Of a stretch of DNA of 15,411 bases, positions 7,989 through 15,411 are shown one piece after another (within the stretch, counting starts at the first letter, position 1; every line of letters begins with the position of its first letter). Source of the DNA: Candidatus Eiseniibacteriota bacterium. GTDB lineage: Bacteria > ARS69. The translations under genes and the position numbers were made by a program. The DNA lies in the NCBI GenBank assembly GCA_052390515.1, contig JBQTGV010000143.1, forward strand, positions 1 to 15,411, in the 5' to 3' direction. The notes under the pieces were generated by a model. The model saw only the letters and a program-made list of their open reading frames with translations. It did no database searches and had not been told where the DNA came from.

Positions 7989-9206
7989 TTGGACTCCTAT
8001 CGACCCAGCTCACGCTCCCGCCGTCCGCGGCCCCGCAAGCGGCCGGGATTCGTGGACCCCAACGCTGCCGGGGAGACCCGGCCCGAGCAGCCGCCCAGCA
8101 ACGGACAGCCGAACCAACCGAACCAGCAGAACCAGCCGAACCCGAAGGGCCCGAGGCACTCGCGGGGAAGGTGGCGGAAGAAAGCCAGCCGTGTCGACAG
8201 CGGCTACACCTCCTCCCCCGTTCCGAGCGGCAATCACCAGAACAACGGGCCCCAGCAGCAGAATCAGCGCCGCGGCAGACCCGGCGGGCGCGGACCCGGC
8301 CAGCGTCGCACCCGCATCCCCATCGGCGAGATCCCCGCGCTCAAGATGATCCAGCAGGGCGTGAGCATCGACCCGCAGGAGCGCTTCGTGCTGGAGACGA
8401 CCGCGGACGAGGTCACCACGCGGACGCTGGACTTGATGACGCCGATCGGCCGCGGCCAGCGCTGCCTCGTCGTGGCGCCGCCCATGGCCGGCAAGACGAC
8501 GCTCCTGATCAAGATCGCCAACGCGATCACGCTCAATTACCCGGGCGTGCACATCTACACGCTGCTGGTGGACGAGCGGCCCGAGGAGGTCACGCACTTC
8601 CGGCGCAGCACGCAGACCGAGGTGCACGCCGCCTCCAGCGACATGTCCACCACACAGCACATCCGGGTGGCGGAGGAGTGCGTCAACGTAGCGCTGGAGC
8701 GCGTGCTCAAGGGCGAAGACGTCGTGCTGCTGCTGGACTCCATCACGCGTCTGGCCCGTGCTTACAACACGGTCTCCGACTCCGGCGGCAGGACGCTCTC
8801 CGGCGGGCTGGACTCGCAGACGATGCTCGTGCCGCGACAGATCTTCGGCTCGGCGCGCAAGATCGAGAACGGCGGGAGCCTCACCATCATCGGCACGGCG
8901 CTGATCGACACCGGATCCCGCATGGACGAGGTCATCTTCCAGGAGTTCAAGGGCACCGGGAACATGGAGCTGTTCCTCTCCCGGGACCTCTTCACCAAGC
9001 GCATCTTCCCCTGCATCGACATCGAGAAGTCCGGCACCCGCAAGGAAGAGAAGCTCATCCCGGCGGAGGACATCCAGCGCATCCACCTGCTGCGGCGGCA
9101 CATGACCGCGATGAAGCCGGCCGAGGCGATGACGTTCCTGCTGGAGCTGCTGTCCCGTTACCGGACCAACGCGGACCTGCTGGGGAGCATGGTGGCCAAG
9201 AGGTAG
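7989..9206 (+). CDS. rho: Transcription termination factor Rho, atypical: ATPase domain intact, N-terminal RNA-binding domain replaced by a disordered Q/N/R/G-rich arm
   Basis: Motifs: LDLMTPIGRGQR, Walker A APPMAGKT, DERPEEVT, Walker B LLLDSITRLARAYN, Q-loop SGGRTLSGGLD, GGSLTIIGTALIDTGSRMDEVIFQEFKGTGNMEL, Arg finger SGTRKEE. TTG at 7989 with GGGGAG 5 nt upstream (405 aa) is preferred to the GTG at 7953. Confidence 0.92.
   Translation: MDSYRPSSRSRRPRPRKRPGFVDPNAAGETRPEQPPSNGQPNQPNQQNQPNPKGPRHSRGRWRKKASRVDSGYTSSPVPSGNHQNNGPQQQNQRRGRPGGRGPGQRRTRIPIGEIPALKMIQQGVSIDPQERFVLETTADEVTTRTLDLMTPIGRGQRCLVVAPPMAGKTTLLIKIANAITLNYPGVHIYTLLVDERPEEVTHFRRSTQTEVHAASSDMSTTQHIRVAEECVNVALERVLKGEDVVLLLDSITRLARAYNTVSDSGGRTLSGGLDSQTMLVPRQIFGSARKIENGGSLTIIGTALIDTGSRMDEVIFQEFKGTGNMELFLSRDLFTKRIFPCIDIEKSGTRKEEKLIPAEDIQRIHLLRRHMTAMKPAEAMTFLLELLSRYRTNADLLGSMVAKR
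8106..8141 (+). repeat. Four imperfect 9-bp tandem repeats encoding QPN-QPN-QQN-QPN in the Rho N-terminal arm
   Basis: cagccgaac caaccgaac cagcagaac cagccgaac. Confidence 0.85.
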
Positions 9207-9265
9207 CTCTGCGGCTCACAGCCTCACGTACGCCCCCGGCTGCGTTCGGCGACGAGCGCCGGAGG

Positions 9266-9883
9266 TCAGTCCAGCGAACCTTCGCCGCTCCCGGCCAGCG
9301 CGCGCCGCGCCAGCGCCGCCTGCGCCGCGACCACCGAGGCCCTGCTGTCGACTTCAAGCGTGGCACCGGTCAGCGTCCCGAGGGCGGCGAGGTCCGCGCC
9401 TCGGAATCCCGTGCCGTCGTACGCCGGGACCGTGATCAAGAACCCGTACCGGCCGTACTCGCCTTCGACGATGGCTCGGACCAGCGAAGTCACATCCAGA
9501 CGGAGCGTCTCTTCCCGCGAACCCGACGCAAGGACGACCGTGTCGTAGTGCGCGTCGTCGAAGTCTCCGCCCGGAGCAGCCCAGGGGGCGTCCCAGGTGA
9601 CCGTTCCCGCACTCCACTCCGTGGCCAGCAGGTAGACGCGGACGGGTAGATCCCGCAGGGCCTGGAGCCCCGGGAGCGTGAAGCTCAGCGTAGCCGCGGT
9701 GATGAACTGATCCTCGAACGAGGAAAGATCGCCGGGCTTCACCAGGACTCGCGTGTTCCCCGAGCGATCCGAGATCACGGAGGTCTCCACGATCGAGACC
9801 GCCACGGGGTCCGCATGAGTCGCCAGGGGTGCCCCGGCGAGAACCGCTCCGAGGATCCCGGCGAGGGTCGCGTTCCGTTGCAT
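9266..9883 (-). CDS. Secreted DNRLRE-like beta-sandwich domain protein
   Basis: ATG at 9883 with GAGGAGG upstream (205 aa). Signal peptide MQRNATLAGILGAVLAGAPLATHA. Motif pattern RVLV..DLS...ITAATLSF, VYLLATEWSAGTVTW, PWAAPGGDFD, LDVTSLVR, YGFLI is typical of DNRLRE-type domains. Confidence 0.7.
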   Translation of the reverse strand: MQRNATLAGILGAVLAGAPLATHADPVAVSIVETSVISDRSGNTRVLVKPGDLSSFEDQFITAATLSFTLPGLQALRDLPVRVYLLATEWSAGTVTWDAPWAAPGGDFDDAHYDTVVLASGSREETLRLDVTSLVRAIVEGEYGRYGFLITVPAYDGTGFRGADLAALGTLTGATLEVDSRASVVAAQAALARRALAGSGEGSLD

Positions 9884-9894
9884 GGCTGTCCTCC

Positions 9895-11199
9895 TCACCG
9901 ATACAGTGTCTTGAGTTGACCCCAGGTCATCGCCCGCACCGCCACGCTCCCGCAGCCCACGCCGAACGCTCCGACCTGGCCGCAGGTGGTGTTGTTGCCG
10001 GCGGCGTAGGGCGATTGGGCGTCCAGGGTGAAGTCCAGGCTTGGGGCGTCACAGAAGCGGGGATCCAGGAACACGTCCGTGGCCGATGGGATGTAGTCGC
10101 CGACGCCTCCCTCGTTGTTCCAGAAGCCGTTACAGCTGCCGGGAAGCGGCGCGAAGATCCCAATGGCAGCGGCCCCCGTGCAGTTCACAAATAGGTTGTT
10201 CGAGAAGTTGAAGATGCCAGCGCTGCCCATTCCGACGACCGCCGATCCCGTCGTTGTTGCCGGCGCGTGGCACCCCACGAACGTGTTGTTCGAGACGTCG
10301 CCGTTGAAGAAACCGAACAGCAGACCCGCCGCGCCCCCGTTGCCGTACGTGCTGTCGTAGGCGAACGTGTTGTAGCGAATCGTCCCGAACGAGTACGTGA
10401 CCCAGAGGCCTCCTCCGGTATCCGAGGTGTTCACGTTCCTCAGGAACAGGTTCCGCTCCACCTGCACCGTGTATGGATCCACCAGACCGACGGCCGCACC
10501 GTCGACCGACATTCGGTTGTCGATGAACTCGCAGTCCAGGATGACGGCGGAGTCGTTGTTGCCGGTGCCGGAGAGCTCCACGGCTCTGCCCTGGTTTCCT
10601 TCAAAGCGGCAGCGGAGGATCTCGATGCTGCAGTCGACGGCGTAAACGCCAGCCGCGCCACCGGAGACGTTGAAACTCGCCTCACAATCCTCCAGCAGCA
10701 AGTCGCAGTTCTGCACTTCGACCGCCCCGCTGTGGCCCGAGGATGTGATGCCGCTCACACCGCACGCGCGGAGTACGAGACGTCCTGCATTGTCCGCGAA
10801 TACCCCCGATCCGGCACTCGCGGCACCGGTGATCGACAGGCTCTCCACGGTGGCCTCCGTCCCGGGATGGTTCGCAAACAGAAGAGGCGTGACGAAACCC
10901 GTTCCCGATACACCGGCATCAAGGGTCGTGACGTCCTTCCCACTTCCGACGATTGTCACGCCGCCCTTTAGAAAGCCACACGACGTGAACGTCTTCAACG
11001 AGCCTCCGATCGAAACGATGCGAGTCTCCTTGGCGGTCCACACGCCCGGTCCGACAACTACCGAGTCGCCAGCGGTGGAAGCGTCGATGGCGACCAGAAC
11101 GCTCGGGTAGTCCTCCGGTACTCGCAGAACTCCAGCCGCACAGGGAAGAGCGGCTAGCAGGAACGCGCCAGCGGTGACATGAGGGAGCATGAGGTTCAC
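9895..11199 (-). CDS. Secreted right-handed beta-helix (Pmp-like repeat) protein with C-terminal TWGQLKTLYR tail
   Basis: GTG at 11199 (or ATG at 11190) follows GAGGAGGGAG. Signal peptide ...AGAFLLAALPCAAG, then the cap VLRVPEDYPS...AIDAS..GDSVVVGPGVW, FxxN/GGA-type repeats (CRFEGN, CEFIDN, NLFLRN..GGGL, NTFVGC), and the C-terminal cap DPRFCD...DFTL...SP...CGQVGAFGVGC. The ORF-track extension to 11322 overlaps the upstream gene and is unlikely. Confidence 0.82.
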   Translation of the reverse strand: MNLMLPHVTAGAFLLAALPCAAGVLRVPEDYPSVLVAIDASTAGDSVVVGPGVWTAKETRIVSIGGSLKTFTSCGFLKGGVTIVGSGKDVTTLDAGVSGTGFVTPLLFANHPGTEATVESLSITGAASAGSGVFADNAGRLVLRACGVSGITSSGHSGAVEVQNCDLLLEDCEASFNVSGGAAGVYAVDCSIEILRCRFEGNQGRAVELSGTGNNDSAVILDCEFIDNRMSVDGAAVGLVDPYTVQVERNLFLRNVNTSDTGGGLWVTYSFGTIRYNTFAYDSTYGNGGAAGLLFGFFNGDVSNNTFVGCHAPATTTGSAVVGMGSAGIFNFSNNLFVNCTGAAAIGIFAPLPGSCNGFWNNEGGVGDYIPSATDVFLDPRFCDAPSLDFTLDAQSPYAAGNNTTCGQVGAFGVGCGSVAVRAMTWGQLKTLYR

Positions 11200-12671
11200 A
11201 GAGTTCTCCCTCCTCACTTCACGATAGTGACGGTTCGCGTGGCGCGATAGCCGTCCCCCCGTAGTTGGACAAAGTAGACGCCCGACATGACGCGCGATCC
11301 ACCCTGGTCGGTTCCGGTCCAAGTGGCTCGGTGGCGTCCGGGAGGTACGACCCCCTCCACCAACGTTCTGACCGCCCTACCCGCCACGTCGTACACCACA
11401 AGGCTCACGCGCCCGGAGTAACCCGCGGGCACTTCGTATGCGATGCTTGTTGCAGCGCGAAGCGGGTTGGGGGAACTCGCGGCCAGCGCGAACGCCGTCG
11501 GGAGCGGATCGCCTCGAAGTTCTGGGGCGCCCCTTGCAACCTCCCTCTCCGGACCAACCCCCTGGGCCGGGCCAGCAAGCACACTCGGCGCCCCGCACAA
11601 CTGTTCCGACCCAAGAGGAGGGTCGTAGCTGACGTTGCCAGTAATCGTAGTGCCGATCGTCGTCAAATCCGTCGTAATCGAGCCACTCTTCCACCACGTG
11701 TTCTTCAGTGCGTCGATCGTCACCGTTGCGTCTGACGACACCACGTTCTTCCCGCCTTGCGCGGTCTCTTCAGCAATACTGTTACTCCCTTCTGTTGCGG
11801 CCTGGGTGTCAGGCCGCAGAAGCACGCGGTAGCCAGGGTCCGTGTGGAAGTTCTTCTCCAGGCTCGTCTTGAGCACGTTCTGTGAGAACCGTACTGTGTC
11901 CCCAGCGGCCGCGCTCGTCCTCGTGTAGTAGACGCCGTTCCTGTTATCGATGATCTCGTTGCACGATACGCGCGTCTCCGCACACTGCTGCAGGTGCAGT
12001 CCGCGGTTGGGCCAGAGAGTGATCTCGTTGTTCTCGATCCGCGGGTGTCGATGGTCGCAGCCCCAGAGGACGAGGAGCCCCGTCTGGGCCTGCTGCCCGC
12101 CTTCTCCCTTTCCTACGATCGTGTTGGACACGATGCGCAGCGTGTCCTGCCCGACAGGTTGGTCGCAGTAGCTCTTCGACCACTCCGCCTTGATCCCAAA
12201 GGCGGACAACCCCAGCGCGTTCTGCCACGTCACCGTCGTGCCTTCGATTCGTGCTGCCGAGTAGTAGACGTGTATGCCCGTTCGGGTCGCGGGCAGGTTC
12301 CCACCCGGCGCCCCGTCGATCCAGCTGTCTTTGATCCATGTCTTGGAGCCGTAGTCCACCACCGCCTCGTCCCGGAAGTCATAGACCCGGCTGTTCCACA
12401 GCCGCGCGTTCGTCGCGCCGTCGAAGAAGACCGGATCCGTGGCGTGGCCGATCGAGGCGTAGCTCAGGATCAGCCCTGCCTCGCGGCAAGTGATCCCGAA
12501 CCAGTCGTCTCTCGCCTGCGTCGGAGCATCCGAGGTGAACCACACCGAGTCCGCGCCCGCACCTCCCGTCTCGAGCCAGCCGTCCACCGTGAACTCCACC
12601 CGGAGCTGGTCCGCCTCGAAGGTCGGTACGGTCCAGGTCGCGCCCAGGTCCACGTCGTGAGCGAGAACTCT

Positions 12672-13286
12672 GGTGGGGGCGTCGAGAACCCACTGGTAGG
12701 TGTACGGGATCCGCGTATCACGATCGACGTAGATGTCCGCTTTCTCGGTGCTGGCGAACGTGCAGTGGATGAGGTTCCCGCTCAGCGAGTCGACGCCGAT
12801 CGCGTACTTCGCCCCATTGAAGTCCACGTAGGACAGGCTGCTGAGCGAGTTGTCGGAGGCGTCGAGGAACCGCACGCCGTAGAAGTCCGCCGGGTTCGTC
12901 GGTGCCGGGTGGTCGGATCGAATGGCGATGTGCGTCGTGGTGTTTCCGTCCGCGAGCAACCGACCCCGGATGATCAGCTCCGACAGTGAGTCGATCTCAT
13001 GGGGTTGTCCGGGCTGTTGATCGAGGCCTGCTGCGAAGCCGAGCTTCCTCCCTGCGGGGATGGTCAGGGTCTGGCCAGTGTCGACCAGGAAGTCCCGGTC
13101 AAGGCTGACGTCGGTCACGTTGCCCTGCCAGACCAGCGACGAGCTCGCCAGGAGCGCATTCAGCTGCCCGAGCGTCAGCCCTTGGTCTTCCAGAGCCAGC
13201 GCACCCCGCGCGTCGCCGAACAGCGTGTTCCCGAGCGTCGCGTCGTCCAGGTCCCCGATGCGGATGCCGTACCAGTCTCCTGCCGC
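12672..13286 (-). repeat. Internal duplication copy B (~205 aa, AAGDWYGIRIGDLD...LDAPT)
   Basis: Aligns with 13431-14045 at a constant 759-bp offset (13252/14011 and 12724/13483 checked). Long identical peptide stretches such as RFLDASDNSLSSLSYVDFNGAKYAIGVDSLSGNLIHCTFA. Confidence 0.95.
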
Positions 13287-13430
13287 GGGTGAGGCAGCTC
13301 CCGAACGGAACTGAACTTGGCTTCCGGTTCCCTGAGTCGTGAGCGTCCCGCTCACCACGATCTCGACCCGCGCAGGGTCCTTTCCTCCATGGGTCGGTGG
13401 TCCGGCGTCGATCGGCGCCGCCTTCACGAC

Positions 13431-14045
13431 CGTCGGCGCATCCAGGTTCCACTCATACCCGTCGGCGATCCGCGTGTCCCGGTCGACGTAGATGTCCGCC
13501 TTCTCGGAGTTGGCGAACGTACAGTGAATGAGGTTCCCGCTCAGCGAGTCGACGCCGATCGCGTACTTCGCCCCGTTGAAGTCCACGTAGGAGAGGCTGC
13601 TCAGAGAGTTGTCCGAGGCGTCGAGGAACCGCACGCCGAAGAAGTCCGCCGGGTTCGCCGGCGCGGGGTCGTCGGATCGAATGGCGATGTGCGTCGTGGT
13701 GTTCCCGTCGGCCAGCAGCCGGCCCCGGACGATCAGCTCCGAGAGGGGATCGATCTCGTAAGGCTGTCCGGACTGCTGATCGACGCCGGCCGCGAAGCCG
13801 AGCTTCCTCCCCGCGGGGATCGTCAAGGTTTGCCCGGTGTCGACCAGGAAGTCACGGTTCAGGCTGACGTCCGTGACATTGCCCAGCCAGACCAGGGAGG
13901 AGCCTGCCAGAAGCGTATTCAGCTGAGCCAGCGTGAGCCCTGAATCCTCCAGCGCCAGGGCACCTCGCGCGTACCGGAACTCGACGTTCGCCAGGGACGC
14001 GGCATCGAGGTCCCCGATGCGGATGCCGTACCAGTCGCCGGCGGC
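13431..14045 (-). repeat. Internal duplication copy A (~205 aa)
   Basis: Partner of 12672-13286. Many of the differences are at synonymous positions. Confidence 0.95.
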
Positions 14046-15287
14046 GGCTGTGGCCACCTCCCCGCCCCCCAGATAGTGCGTGTTCGCCGCGTCGTCACGG
14101 GAAGAGGTAAACGTAACCTCGTTCCCAACCGTACCCGCGACCACCAGACCGGCGGAGGCGGGAACGACGATCTCCACGCGCTGCTGATCGACACCTGCGG
14201 CGAGCAGGTCCTCAGTACTGGCGATCACCGTGGCGCCGGCGTTGACCGTGAGCGTGCCTCCCGGCGGCACCTCCACGTCCTGCGTCAGCCGGATCCTGCC
14301 GTCCCACTCCATGTCAGGGGGCAGGACGAACGGCTGGTTTGCGGCCGGCGGGTCGTCGTACCTCACGGTCACCTGCATCACGCCGTTCCCACCACCGGGC
14401 TCGGTCTCCCAGTGGATGTCGTAGAACGTGAGGCCGCTGTACATCGACTGCTCGCGCCGCATCGAGCACATGTCGGGGTCGCGGTACGCGGTCTCATTCG
14501 GGTCATTCGGGACGAACCAGTAGAGGTCGGTGCTCGGGTTGGTCCACGGTGCGAAGACGCTCGACGCACCGTTCCCCCAGAGCTCCTCCACGTCTCCCAG
14601 GACCAGTTCGTCCTCGCAAGCCATGCACGACATCTCGTCGAATCCGCTGACCGGATCCGGCACCCAGGTGAGGGTGTCGATCATTCCCTGAGGCACCTCG
14701 ATGTCGACCGTCGGCGGGAAATTCTCGTCAGGGCAGCAGTCCAGCGGGCACTCGTCCGCACACGGAGGCGGCGTGCAGAACGGCGCGCTCTGCCCTCCAA
14801 GCTCGCCCAGCCACCAGCCCGCGATGGAGGGGTTCGTCGGTGTGATGCAGCAGTTTCCGGACCCCTTGTGCGACTGATGGTCCGAAACGTGGGCAATCAC
14901 GAGCCCGCTGTTACCCTTCACTCCACCGTCACAGGCACCACCTAGGGTCGATCCGTCGGTGAACACCGTGGCCGTGCTATCGCGATTCTCGATTAAGAAG
15001 AACTGTTTCGGGTCCTGCGTACGCACGACCGCGAAGGGAGTCACGCCCCCCGAGCCGGCGGTGGAAACGTCCGCGAGGGCCAGGACCTGCTCCGATCCGT
15101 CCGTCGTCAGTTGAATGTCGTGCTGCGGTGAGATCCATCCCAGTTTCCACCGCAGGATCGTCTCCATGATGTCGCCCTTGTAGAAATCGGCGACGGTGCC
15201 GTCCATGATCCCGTAGCGGCCGATCGACTTGATGTGACCCGGCACGTCCAGTCCGTCCAGCGTGGGCAAAGTGTTCGCGAGGGCGAC

Positions 15288-15411
15288 TAGTGTCCTGTTT
15301 GATTAGTTCATGACAGATTGGGATCGATCTGCGAGTCTCTGGCAAGCTCCGTCCAAGGAGGGAAGAGATGCGCACGGGTCGAAGGTTGAATCGCTTCGTC
15401 TTGAGTCCGAC
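15288..15411 (+). mobile_element. Probable left end of an IS630-family insertion sequence, inserted at the TA of a CTAG
   Basis: CTAG at 15287-15290 runs into the AT-richer GTGTCCTGTTTGATTAGTTCATGACAG at the point where the peptidase frame breaks. A strong RBS and a transposase-like start follow. TA targeting is established for IS630. Only 124 bp are visible. Confidence 0.6.
15368..15411 (+). CDS. Putative IS630-family transposase, first 14 codons (runs off the window end)
   Basis: AAGGAGGG (15355-15362), then ATG at 15368 giving MRTGRRLNRFVLSP. From recall, this resembles the 'MxTGRPxxxLxLS/TxxER' N-terminus of IS630 transposases. Confidence 0.55.
   Translation, partial: MRTGRRLNRFVLSP

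Larger units (their letters stand above)
11214..15269 (-). pseudogene. 5'-truncated large surface protein: C-terminal half of an M6 (immune inhibitor A-like) metallopeptidase, repeated beta-solenoid modules, beta-helix, and FlgD Ig-like/T9SS-type-A-like C-terminal domain
   Basis: M6-like segments: IGRYGIMDG (Met-turn-like), WKLGWISP, QFFLIENR, GLVIAHV, VFAPWTNPST. Tail: SPNPL...IAYEVP...VYDVAGRAVRTL...WTGTDQGG...SGVYFVQL. There is no signal peptide, no HExxH and no clear RBS at the TTG. The frame closes at TAA 15305-15303, inside the IS-like sequence. Confidence 0.72.

Noticed and set aside
9207-9265. Intrinsic terminator between convergent rho and the DNRLRE-like gene
   Set aside because: Only weak stems and no U-tract on either strand.
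193-9649. Long alternative-frame and antisense ORFs (193-1458, 1467-4133, 3392-5944, 5721-6821, 6029-7519, 7973-9649, 8010-9101)
   Set aside because: They are Arg/Pro/Gly-rich shadows of well-supported genes, expected in high-GC DNA, and carry no recognisable motifs.
12672-14045. Duplicated block as a diversity-generating retroelement TR/VR pair
   Set aside because: Both copies are in-frame coding and much longer than a typical TR/VR. The differences are not adenine-specific, and no reverse transcriptase is in the window.
14977-15375. 132-aa ORF containing 'CHEL' as the frameshifted HExxH-bearing N-terminus of the peptidase
   Set aside because: It reads HELIK, with no second His, and that segment lies within the putative IS end.
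1-15411. CRISPR array, rRNA or tRNA genes
   Set aside because: No regularly spaced repeat-spacer pattern, rRNA-like sequence or cloverleaf was seen.

Overview
High-GC bacterial window. The C-terminal 'TWGxxKxLYR' tail and FlgD-type tail on the secreted proteins suggest an FCB-related candidate lineage such as Eisenbacteria/Krumholzibacteriota/Latescibacterota (inference). The left half is housekeeping-like: a minus-strand run of glgP, pckA, an AmpG-like MFS transporter and a partial lipoprotein, with a divergent signal-less beta-helix protein. The centre has a ~400-bp intergenic region rich in hairpins, followed by an atypical Rho. This Rho keeps the ATPase motifs but has no recognisable N-terminal helix bundle or OB-fold RNA-binding domain; a Q/N-rich, R/G-rich disordered arm sits in their place. 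The right half is a convergent minus-strand cluster of surface-type proteins: a large M6-metallopeptidase-like/beta-helix/FlgD protein with a 759-bp-period internal duplication, a Pmp-like beta-helix protein ending in TWGQLKTLYR, and a DNRLRE-like protein. The large gene is cut at its 5' end by what looks like the left end of an IS630-family element at the window edge. All calls come from reading motifs by eye; no searches were run.
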